From a virus (taxonomy: Duplodnaviria > Caudoviricetes): a DNA stretch of 24,604 nucleotides. The notes below the pieces were generated by a model. It was not told the DNA's origin. It saw only the letters and a program-made list of their open reading frames with translations, and made no database searches. Made by a program: the position numbers and the translations under genes. The stretch lies in the IMG/VR virus record IMGVR_UViG_3300017758_000133, positions 1 through 24,604 of that record, one strand, 5' to 3'. Numbering within the stretch: the stretch's first letter is position 1; every line of letters begins with the position of its first letter. This document shows positions 9,379-18,125 of the stretch, one piece after another.

Positions 9379-12300
9379 ATGGCAAACGTTCAAAACTCTT
9401 TTATAAAGAGCAAATTAAATAAAGACCTTGACGCTAGGTTATTACCTAATGGCGAATACAGAGATGCTAAAAACGTTCAAGTTAGTAGGTCTGAAGGCGC
9501 TAATGTTGGTTCTTTAGAAAACGTATTGGGTAATAAAAAATTAAAAGACTTTAATGTTATAACAGGAAGTAGCAATATGGTTTGTATAGGCAAACTTGTA
9601 AGTGACTCTACTAGCGAGGTTTATTTGTTTTTAACGTCATACACGGATCCAAACCCAAGTCAATTAGAATACACACCAGGTAGCGAAAACTACATAGTAG
9701 TTTATAACCCTTCACTTCCAGATACAGAGTCTTTAAAAGTTTTAGTCAAAGGATCTTTTCTTAATTTTTCGACTACACATGAAATATATCACGCTAACTT
9801 ATTAGAAGATTTATTATTCTGGACTGATAACAGAAACCAACCTAGAAAAATAAACGTAAATCTTGCTAATCCTACGTTTTCAACAAATCCAACATACTAC
9901 GTTAATGAAGATCAAATAAGTGTAGCTAAATACAATCCTTATCAACCAATACGACTTTGGCAAAAAAATTTAACATCTACAGATCCTGTTCCTTATGAAA
10001 CAACGATGAAAGACGTTAATAGCAAAACATTTCCTAATGGTGCAACTGCTCTTACAGGAGGAACCTCAGGTGGTGGTGGTGGTGCATCAATAACTCTTGT
10101 TAGTTTAGTTGGTGAAGTTCCTGTTTCTACTAGTCCATATGGAGCAGCAACTGTTGGTTACATAGCACAACCTGGAGCAGTTATTACACCTATATTAGAT
10201 TCAAATAATGATCCAGCCGTAGTAAACACAATCATATATGGAGCTGGTAGCACAGATCAATGGACTGTTACTTTAAAAGAAAAAGGAAGTAATCCAGTAG
10301 TTAGTGTTAATTGGCCAACTTTAACAGCTGGAACAGAAATTGTTTTTAATTATAACACTTATTACGATAAAGACTTTGCTGGAGATGAAAATTATTTAGA
10401 AGATAAGTTTGTAAGATTTAGTTATAGATTTAAATTTGAAGATAATGAATATTCATTAATAGCTCCTTTCACTCAAGTTGCTTTTATACCTAAGCAAGAT
10501 GGTTATTTTATGTACGTAAGAAATGACGCGAAGAACTTTACAAGTAAAGACGATCAAGCTGATGCTTATAGAAGTACTATAGTTTCTTTTGTTGAAAACA
10601 AGGTAGACGCTATAAAGCTAATAATACCTTTACCTTTCCCTAAAAGTACTATACAAGATAGTTTAAAAATAAAAGAACTAGATATAATATATAAAGAGTC
10701 TGATGCTTTAGCGCTTAAAGTTATCGAGACTATAGAAATAACTGAATTAACATCAGGCGCAGATTCTAGTATTTTTGAATATGATTATTTATCTAAAAAA
10801 CCGTATAAAGTATTACCAAGTAGTGATACAACTAGGGTTTATGATAAAATACCAGTAAGAGCTTTTGCTCAAGAGATTGCTAGCAATAGAGTTGTTTATG
10901 GTAATTTTCAAAACAAACACACACCACCAGCCACGTTGGATTACAATGTAACAGTAAGCGCTAAGTCAGATTTTAATTTAAAAGATGGAACAGCTGTTTC
11001 TGGATCTTCAGGTAGTATAACATCTGGCGCGTCTATTACTATAGGAACTGTAACAGGAACCATACAAGTGGGTAGCATCGTTACAAGTGCTACAAACGGT
11101 GTTACAATACCTAGTAACACTTCAGTAACTGGTGGTAACTTAACAAACGCTATTACTTTAGACAAAAACGTAACACTAGTTAATTTGGCTAATTTAGTTT
11201 TTACAGCTGTAGGACCAGACACTCAAGCGGTAAGTAAAATAGAATATCCTAATCACTCGGTAAAACAAAATAGGAATTATCAGGTAGGTGTTGTGCTATC
11301 TGATAGATATGGTAGATCTTCAACTGTTATATTATCTAGAAGCAATAGTTTAATAGCTGATTCCGCTAGTGGTCTTACTTTTTTAGGAGATACTATATAC
11401 GCGCCTTATTTGCCAGTTGGTGTAGAGCAATCATCTTGGCCAGGTGATTCTATTAAAGTTTTATTTAATTCAACTATAGGACCTAATGGTAAAAACGTAT
11501 TAGATGGTTCTCCTGGTATATACAATGGATACCCAACAAGCGCTGACTACAATCCATTGGGTTGGTATTCATATAAAATTGTAGTTAAACAAACAGAGCA
11601 AGAATATTACAATGTATACTTGCCAGGTATCATGGCTGCTTATCCAGAAGATACATCTTTAGAAATAGGTATAACATCTCATGCTGTTTTAATAAACGAT
11701 AATATAAACAAAGTTCCAAGAGACTTAACAGAAGTCGGACCTGATCAAAAACAATTCAGAAGCTCTGTTCAGTTATTTGGTAGAGTAGAAAATACTTCAA
11801 CTGCGGCTGGCTACTTGAGCAGCACTGGCAACGAACAAGTGTATGATAACGCTGGTGCTTTAACAAATCAGTACTACCCAGGTAGAAGCTCTGACACTGT
11901 ATCAACTATTTCAACTCTTAGAGATTTGTTTGATTATTCACCAATAGATCCGCCAAGGCCAAACTACTTTCCGCAACTATATTTAGTTAACTCAAATCCT
12001 TTAGTAGCTAGGATAAGTACAGCTAAACAAATAGGTCAGATAGCAACCACTAGTTACAGTGTAGCTAGCGCTCAAATAAACGCAAACACAAGTGGAACTG
12101 TATTTCCACTTAAGAATGTTATTGGAACACCTGCATCTGAAATGATTGTCAGTGGAACAGGTATACCAGATGGTGTAACAGTGGTTGGCTACGCAGGGAC
12201 TAACTTGACGGTTAGTCAAACATTAACTTTAGACGAAGATGATTTTATATATCTTGTTCCAGGTTTTTCAACTCCTTTTTTAGGTGAACCTAAAGTTCCT

Positions 12301-13608
12301 GGATTACAATATTTATCTGTGTACGAAACAGAACCAGTTGAAAGCTTGTTAGATATATTCTGGGAATCAACCAGTGTAGGCGAAGTTGCAGATTTAAACA
12401 ACTTAATATTAAACGCTACAGGTGGTGGCGCTGGGTTAAGCGCTAACCTAAGTACTTCAAATTGGTCAGAAGCTTATGTTTTAAACAACAGAATATTTGA
12501 TGCTAATTTTACTTTAGTTGACGCTTTTGGAAGTAATTTACCAAACTCAAGTATAGTTTCTGTAACACTAGATAGTGTTTCGAATGGTAATAGCGTTAAT
12601 GTTCAAACAGTTGAAGCTACTCCATACTTTGAATTAGTAGGTAACGCACAAGACAATACAATACCTCTTGGGTTTTTTAATATAATACTAAAACAAGAAT
12701 ACATAGATGCTGTTTACTATAGTCAAAACTCTGGAGATCGTAATTTTACGTTTTCAATATCATGGGAAACGACAGATGGATCTACTAACACCACTGGCGG
12801 ACCTCAAATAGTAAACGCTGGTCCATCAAACGTTAGACCTGCTGACGCGTCGCCAGGTATAACAACCTCACCAAACAGTTTACAAGGTAGCACTATAATT
12901 AGTAACAGATACACTTCTTTAGTCGCAGTGGCTAACGCAACTAATGGTTCTTCTAATGCGTCATTAAAAACTAGTGGTATAGCTTGGAGTTTAATAAGCG
13001 TAACCAACCAAACCTCTCCAAATATAGACCTTGTTAGTCAAGGGTTATTTACTATGACTAACACTGTAGCTTCAGGCTTAAGAAGAGGAACACTAACTAA
13101 CACTAGTGGAGGTAATATGCCTGCTAGTATATACAACATAGTAATAGGTGTAGCTGATGCTGGTGGTCCATCACCCGTTGGAACTAACATATCTTTTATT
13201 CTTGACTTAAGAGTTGTGCCTTATTCTGTTGGATCTGGACTAGTTGATTGGTGTGAGGCAGTAGACAGTCAAGGTGATTGCGTATCTGGCGAAAATAGAC
13301 GAAATAGATATGTAGCTATAGAAATACAAGGCGGATCTTTTGATGGTTTTTATGTATACGACATAGGCGCAAATCAAAGCTTTAGTGGTTGGGTTTCTAG
13401 TTGCTTTGGAGGTAATACTATTACTTTAAATTATACTGGCAGACAAACTAGTCTTTCAGGATCACCTATAAATAGTTGTATACCTGCATTTGCAAACACG
13501 CTTGCTAGCGCTAAACAAATTTTAGATGCAAGAAACTATAACAGCAGTGCTGATTATTTAAACTTATTAGCTCAAGATACAACTGGTTTAACATTTGAGA
13601 TAACATAG
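9379..13608 (+). CDS. Tail nozzle / stabilization protein, N-terminal part with inserted domains and a C-terminal extension
   Basis: N-terminus SKLNKDLDARLLPNGEYRDAKNV...GSLENVLGN and motifs LLFWTDNRNQPRKIN, FVRFSYRFKFEDNEYS, NRVVYGNF and RNYQVGVVLSDRYGRSS are typical of crAss-like/P22 gp10-like stabilization proteins. Confidence 0.8.
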   Translation: MANVQNSFIKSKLNKDLDARLLPNGEYRDAKNVQVSRSEGANVGSLENVLGNKKLKDFNVITGSSNMVCIGKLVSDSTSEVYLFLTSYTDPNPSQLEYTPGSENYIVVYNPSLPDTESLKVLVKGSFLNFSTTHEIYHANLLEDLLFWTDNRNQPRKINVNLANPTFSTNPTYYVNEDQISVAKYNPYQPIRLWQKNLTSTDPVPYETTMKDVNSKTFPNGATALTGGTSGGGGGASITLVSLVGEVPVSTSPYGAATVGYIAQPGAVITPILDSNNDPAVVNTIIYGAGSTDQWTVTLKEKGSNPVVSVNWPTLTAGTEIVFNYNTYYDKDFAGDENYLEDKFVRFSYRFKFEDNEYSLIAPFTQVAFIPKQDGYFMYVRNDAKNFTSKDDQADAYRSTIVSFVENKVDAIKLIIPLPFPKSTIQDSLKIKELDIIYKESDALALKVIETIEITELTSGADSSIFEYDYLSKKPYKVLPSSDTTRVYDKIPVRAFAQEIASNRVVYGNFQNKHTPPATLDYNVTVSAKSDFNLKDGTAVSGSSGSITSGASITIGTVTGTIQVGSIVTSATNGVTIPSNTSVTGGNLTNAITLDKNVTLVNLANLVFTAVGPDTQAVSKIEYPNHSVKQNRNYQVGVVLSDRYGRSSTVILSRSNSLIADSASGLTFLGDTIYAPYLPVGVEQSSWPGDSIKVLFNSTIGPNGKNVLDGSPGIYNGYPTSADYNPLGWYSYKIVVKQTEQEYYNVYLPGIMAAYPEDTSLEIGITSHAVLINDNINKVPRDLTEVGPDQKQFRSSVQLFGRVENTSTAAGYLSSTGNEQVYDNAGALTNQYYPGRSSDTVSTISTLRDLFDYSPIDPPRPNYFPQLYLVNSNPLVARISTAKQIGQIATTSYSVASAQINANTSGTVFPLKNVIGTPASEMIVSGTGIPDGVTVVGYAGTNLTVSQTLTLDEDDFIYLVPGFSTPFLGEPKVPGLQYLSVYETEPVESLLDIFWESTSVGEVADLNNLILNATGGGAGLSANLSTSNWSEAYVLNNRIFDANFTLVDAFGSNLPNSSIVSVTLDSVSNGNSVNVQTVEATPYFELVGNAQDNTIPLGFFNIILKQEYIDAVYYSQNSGDRNFTFSISWETTDGSTNTTGGPQIVNAGPSNVRPADASPGITTSPNSLQGSTIISNRYTSLVAVANATNGSSNASLKTSGIAWSLISVTNQTSPNIDLVSQGLFTMTNTVASGLRRGTLTNTSGGNMPASIYNIVIGVADAGGPSPVGTNISFILDLRVVPYSVGSGLVDWCEAVDSQGDCVSGENRRNRYVAIEIQGGSFDGFYVYDIGANQSFSGWVSSCFGGNTITLNYTGRQTSLSGSPINSCIPAFANTLASAKQILDARNYNSSADYLNLLAQDTTGLTFEIT

Positions 13609-14027
13609 TGAAAGGCGTTGATGATCCAGTTGCTGTAAAATCAATAAAAAAGTTATTAAAATTAGATTGGTGTCATTATAATTTATATTTAGTAGGTGGT
13701 TTAATACAAGGATGGGAAACAAAAGACATAGATGTGGCTGTAACTGGACCAATAATAAATCATGACAAGTTTGTTGAGTTAATTACAGAAGCAAGCAAGA
13801 TTGATTTAATAGATATATCTTATCAAAAAAAAATACAAGTAAATCTAATAGGTGAAGCAGAGCACATGAAGCCAATAAGAATAGACGTAGGTAGACTAAG
13901 TAAACCTAATAAACAAGTTAATTCTTATTTTGAAAACGGACTATGGTTTAGGATACTTAGTTATCCTATGCTTAAACAAATAAAAAACAAAAGAGTATAT
14001 ACAAGCCAACCAGTGTTAATACACTAG
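13608..14027 (+). CDS. Minimal pol-beta superfamily nucleotidyltransferase-like protein
   Basis: LYLVGG-x7-KDIDV matches the hG[GS]...DxD signature, with a candidate third Asp in DLIDISY. The GTG start overlaps the upstream TAG. Confidence 0.6.
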   Translation: MKGVDDPVAVKSIKKLLKLDWCHYNLYLVGGLIQGWETKDIDVAVTGPIINHDKFVELITEASKIDLIDISYQKKIQVNLIGEAEHMKPIRIDVGRLSKPNKQVNSYFENGLWFRILSYPMLKQIKNKRVYTSQPVLIH

Positions 14028-14068
14028 TATTGCTTGTAATTTACAGTAAAAATAAGTAATAATTAATC

Positions 14069-15820
14069 ATGGCAGGAGCGGTAATAGAAGTAAAATACTT
14101 TAACACTTTCGTTTTGAAAAAAACAGCTACACAAATAGAGGATACTATAGTGTGGAACGGTTCTTTTGGAATACCAACAGACAAGGGTGGTTACAATGTA
14201 GTTACTGCTGATGTTACTTCTGATACTAATTGGGCTATTGAAGAATCTAGAATAAGAGGTGGTTACAACAATACTAACGTAGACTATGGAGTTAGAGCTT
14301 ATTTAGTAGAAGAAGATCCTGCCTCAACAATAAGATTTAATAGTTTGATATACTCAGGTATATTTAACTCTAGAACAGGTATAAATAATACTAACGTATT
14401 TTCTTCTGCCGACGATATTACAAAAAGTGCAGATCCAGCTAACGCTAGTATACAAAAACTATATGCTGAAGACACTAACTTAATTGTATTTCAAGAATAC
14501 AAAGTAAGTAGAGCTTTAATAGATAAAGACGCTATATACTCTGCTGAAGGAAACTCTAGTGTAACTTCTAGTAATTTAACAATAGGTGTTATACAACCTT
14601 ATGCTGGCAAATTTGGTATAAGTAAAAACCCAGAAAGTTTTGCTACATATGGTTACAATAAATATTTCTCTGATAAAAATAACAACGCTATAATGAAATT
14701 ATCTAACTCAGGTTTAGAAGAAATTTCTAAATATGGTATGATAGATTATTTTAGAGATGAACTAAATAACATAGACATCGGCATTGACGAAGGAAAAGTA
14801 AGAGGTGGTTATGATATACATAGTGACCAATACGTGGTGTCTACTCAAAACAGTGATGGTTCAGGTTATAACACAGTGTCTTGGGATGAAACTGTAAAAG
14901 GTTGGACTAGTTTTTATGACTATAAACCAACTCAAATGTTTAGTTTAAGGAATAAGTTTTACTCAACAGGTAAAGATAATTTTTACGGAAGTCTAAAACC
15001 TGTTTGGGGAGTTAGATCATATGACAGTTTATACGAGCATTACTCTGTTGATGTTAATAGATCTTTTTTCTATGAAAGAAATTATCCTTCAACAGTTACT
15101 TTTATATTTAACCCTAGCCCTTCAACTAGCAAAAACTTTAAAACAATAAGTTACGAAGGTATGAACGGTTGGCAGTTAAATACTTTGATATCTGATAACA
15201 CAGCTAAAGATTACAACGCTTTAATACCAGGTTGGGATATTTATAACGATACTGCTAATTCATCTCGTAGCTACGTTGGAGGCGAGTACGTTATAGCAGA
15301 AGCGAGCGCTAAAGCTGGAGCTGCATCAACAAATACAACCGTAGTCTTAGCAAATGTTGTAGGTGTTATAGCTGTAGGAGCAAGTGTTACTGGTGTAGGT
15401 GTTGCGGCTAACACGGTTGTTGTTAGTTTTAACGCAACTACAAAAACGTTAACAGTAAATCAGAATTTAGGCATTGCCTTAAACGCTGCTTTAGCATTTT
15501 ACTTAGTTGTTAATAGAGTTAATTATACTACTGCTTTTGGAAATGCAAACCCTCCTTTACCTAGGTTTCATGCTGGGTTTGATAGAAAAGAAAATAGATA
15601 CGTTGCTAACTTAGTAAATAACAGCGAAGCAAGTCATGGAGAAATAATATGGGGTAATGAAATGACTGGTGTTAAAGGTTATTATGTTACAGGTATATTT
15701 TCAACTGACGGCGATTATTCAACAAATGTTAGCTACAATAATAATACAGCTACAGATCCAGGAGGTGAAAAACAGTTATTTGCCGTTGGTTCAGACTACG
15801 TAAATACAAACGGATATTAA
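14069..15820 (+). CDS. Tail nozzle / stabilization protein, C-terminal part
   Basis: IEESRIRGGYNN, LIYSGIFNSRTGINNTN, SIQKLYAEDTNL, FGISKNPESFA, KGWTSFYDY and KNFKTISYEG are motifs I recall from the C-terminal beta-propeller region of single-gene stabilization proteins. Confidence 0.75.
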   Translation: MAGAVIEVKYFNTFVLKKTATQIEDTIVWNGSFGIPTDKGGYNVVTADVTSDTNWAIEESRIRGGYNNTNVDYGVRAYLVEEDPASTIRFNSLIYSGIFNSRTGINNTNVFSSADDITKSADPANASIQKLYAEDTNLIVFQEYKVSRALIDKDAIYSAEGNSSVTSSNLTIGVIQPYAGKFGISKNPESFATYGYNKYFSDKNNNAIMKLSNSGLEEISKYGMIDYFRDELNNIDIGIDEGKVRGGYDIHSDQYVVSTQNSDGSGYNTVSWDETVKGWTSFYDYKPTQMFSLRNKFYSTGKDNFYGSLKPVWGVRSYDSLYEHYSVDVNRSFFYERNYPSTVTFIFNPSPSTSKNFKTISYEGMNGWQLNTLISDNTAKDYNALIPGWDIYNDTANSSRSYVGGEYVIAEASAKAGAASTNTTVVLANVVGVIAVGASVTGVGVAANTVVVSFNATTKTLTVNQNLGIALNAALAFYLVVNRVNYTTAFGNANPPLPRFHAGFDRKENRYVANLVNNSEASHGEIIWGNEMTGVKGYYVTGIFSTDGDYSTNVSYNNNTATDPGGEKQLFAVGSDYVNTNGY

Positions 15821-15830
15821 ATTAAATTAA

Positions 15831-16349
15831 ATGAGTAAACCCTTAGTAAAACAAGAGCATACGTTAGAGCAAATAAAACAAATAGAACGTTTTAGAGATT
15901 TAATAATGGACTTTGAAGACAAGCTATTAGATTTACCAGATTCATACAGTGATCCTGAAAAACCTGGACAAGATAAAGTAGCTAATACAATAAACCCACT
16001 TAAACACACGTTTGCAGATGGGCTGTATATTAGAGAAATATTTATGCCTAAAGGTCAAATAATTTCTACTGGCATACATAAAATAGAACACCCTTATTTT
16101 GTACAAAAAGGTGATATATCTATATTAACAGATCAAGGAATAAAAAGAATTAAAGCTCCTTATAATGGTATAACTAAACCAGGGACAAAAAGATTAATAT
16201 ACATGCACGAAGATAGTATATGGATAACTGTTCACGCAACAGACAAGAAAGATCCAGAAAGTGTATTAAAAGACGTTATAGCAAAAGACTTTGATGATCC
16301 TGATATTAGCGTAGAAAGCATGAGAAAAAAATTAAAATTAAACAACTAA
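15831..16349 (+). CDS. Cupin-fold (RmlC-like) protein
   Basis: HTFADGLYIREIFMPKG...IHKIEHPYFVQKG...TKPGTKR...WITVH gives a double-stranded beta-helix pattern with candidate His ligands. Confidence 0.65.
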   Translation: MSKPLVKQEHTLEQIKQIERFRDLIMDFEDKLLDLPDSYSDPEKPGQDKVANTINPLKHTFADGLYIREIFMPKGQIISTGIHKIEHPYFVQKGDISILTDQGIKRIKAPYNGITKPGTKRLIYMHEDSIWITVHATDKKDPESVLKDVIAKDFDDPDISVESMRKKLKLNN

Positions 16350-16353
16350 CAAT

Positions 16354-17019
16354 ATGAGTGTAGTAGCAGCCGGCATTGGAGCCGCGGTAAGTATCGGTGG
16401 AGGTATTTTTGGGGCTAGTAGTGCCAGAAGAGAAGCTAGACGAAAAGCTAGAAAAGCTAGAAAACTAGAAAGAAAACTAAATCAATTAGAAGCTAACAGA
16501 CAAGAAATTATAAATCCTTACGAGGATTCAACTAGTTTAAGTAGCATGATGAGTAATCCTTTTGCTACGTTATCTGTATCAACAGCTGCTACAGAAATTC
16601 AAATGGAACAAACTGATATAGCTTTAGCTAACACTTTAGATACTATAAGACAAACTGGTGGGGGAGCCGGTGGAGCAACCGCCTTAGCTCAAGCTGCTTT
16701 ACAAAGTAAAAAGAATGTTGCGGCTGGTATAGAGCAACAAGAAAAAGCTAATGACAACAAAAGAGTCGAAGGCGAAAAACAATTACAAAACCAATTAGTA
16801 AGTGAAGAACAAAGGATGCAAGGTTTAGATGCTGCTGGTAAATCATTTGTTTATAATGAAACAGAGAGAAGAGAACAACAACAACTTGATAGAGTTTCAA
16901 ATCAAATAGCAGCATTAAGAGGTCAAGAGTCGCAGGCAAGAGCAGATGCAACTGGAGCTATAACTGGAGCTATTGGATCTGTAGCTGGTATAGCTGGAGG
17001 TTTAGGAGGTAAAATATAA
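16354..17019 (+). CDS. Small internal virion / ejection (pilot-like) protein
   Basis: Gly/Ala-rich amphipathic N- and C-termini, central GGGAGGATALAQAAL, and Gln-rich coiled coils. First gene after the tail module, like P22 gp7 or T7 gp14. Confidence 0.7.
   Translation: MSVVAAGIGAAVSIGGGIFGASSARREARRKARKARKLERKLNQLEANRQEIINPYEDSTSLSSMMSNPFATLSVSTAATEIQMEQTDIALANTLDTIRQTGGGAGGATALAQAALQSKKNVAAGIEQQEKANDNKRVEGEKQLQNQLVSEEQRMQGLDAAGKSFVYNETERREQQQLDRVSNQIAALRGQESQARADATGAITGAIGSVAGIAGGLGGKI
16426..16480 (+). repeat. Imperfect 9-nt tandem repeat (GAAAAGCTA) encoding RREARRKARKARKLERKL
   Basis: GAAAAGCTA at 16442-16450 and 16451-16459, with degenerate copies on either side. Confidence 0.6.
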
Positions 17020-17024
17020 AAAAA

Positions 17025-18125
17025 ATGGAAAACAAAAACGCATATTATAATCTTGTTATAAAGCAAGTTAACGAGAGTAATTCCATGGCGTATGACAATG
17101 ATTATATAGCTAGTTCTACTGATAGTGAATTCAATATAATTAATAAAGCTTACGTTGGAACAGCAACAGCTTACGCTAAATTTAAAATGGCTATAGACTC
17201 TAACAAGTGTCGTGAAACAGGTTGTGAATACGAAATGAAACAAATTCAACAATTGAAAGCATTTCCTAAAAAATCTTTAGAGTTTATAGAATTAATTGTT
17301 GATCAATTAGCTGTAACTGACACTCCTTATTACGACGTTAACAACAACTATGTTTATCTAGTTGCTAATTATATAATGAATTCTAAGCCTGGTTTTTCAA
17401 AAACAGAAGGTTATAATGTAGAATTGTTTTTATTAGAAGATGGTTCACAAGAGTTAATTTTTGATGGACCTTTGTTTGATAAAAAACTAGTTATAAATAG
17501 CTCTACGTTAACAGCATTAGTAGATTCTGGAACAGATTTAATAGCTGAAACTCCAGATATAAACAAAGACATGCTAAGACTTTTAACTGAAGTAGGTGTA
17601 TTTACACCAGACATGATTGGTGAAAATGAAGAACTTACACCTGGTGCTACTATATCTGATGAGTTTGTTTTAAAAAACCCTGACGGATCTTATGATTACG
17701 AAATAATAGACGTAGGTATGGGCAAAGGTAGAAACATACTAAAGTTTGACTTAGATAAAATAAAAAGAAAAGCTGATCCATTCATAAATGCAGAAGTAGC
17801 GGGTTTATTATCGCAAGAACAAGAAGCTGTAGCTGCTTGGAATATGTTTATAGCTAGAGGTACTAGCGTAGAAGAAGATGCACAGATGGAACAGAATGCT
17901 AACGCTGGTAGTTTAGCTTGGTCTTACGAAAAAGATTTACCTTTGATGCCTAAGAACAAAGAATTGTTTGAGTCAAAGTATAAAGATTATTTTATGAATA
18001 ACTATTTGTCTCAGTTTACAACTAATAAGTTACCAACAGTAGAAGAAGATGCAGCAGTATTTGATTTAGCGGAAGCAAAAAAAGCTAAAGCTCAAAAATT
18101 TATGGACGATAATAAATTAAATTAA
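17025..18125 (+). CDS. Acidic hypothetical protein, probable second ejection/internal virion protein
   Basis: 366-aa ORF between the small and giant ejection genes. Its stop abuts the next ATG (TAAATG). Function inferred from position only. Confidence 0.5.
   Translation: MENKNAYYNLVIKQVNESNSMAYDNDYIASSTDSEFNIINKAYVGTATAYAKFKMAIDSNKCRETGCEYEMKQIQQLKAFPKKSLEFIELIVDQLAVTDTPYYDVNNNYVYLVANYIMNSKPGFSKTEGYNVELFLLEDGSQELIFDGPLFDKKLVINSSTLTALVDSGTDLIAETPDINKDMLRLLTEVGVFTPDMIGENEELTPGATISDEFVLKNPDGSYDYEIIDVGMGKGRNILKFDLDKIKRKADPFINAEVAGLLSQEQEAVAAWNMFIARGTSVEEDAQMEQNANAGSLAWSYEKDLPLMPKNKELFESKYKDYFMNNYLSQFTTNKLPTVEEDAAVFDLAEAKKAKAQKFMDDNKLN

Noticed and set aside
13606-14039. TAG recoding or readthrough (as in some crAss-like phages) joining the nozzle halves
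   Set aside because: TAG at 13606-13608 is followed immediately by an in-frame TGA. TAG at 14025-14027 is followed by TAA four codons later. All long genes are intact in the standard code.
16354-16430. GC-rich patch at the start of the small ejection gene
   Set aside because: Largely explained by Gly/Ala codons. I saw no convincing alternative ORF or structure.
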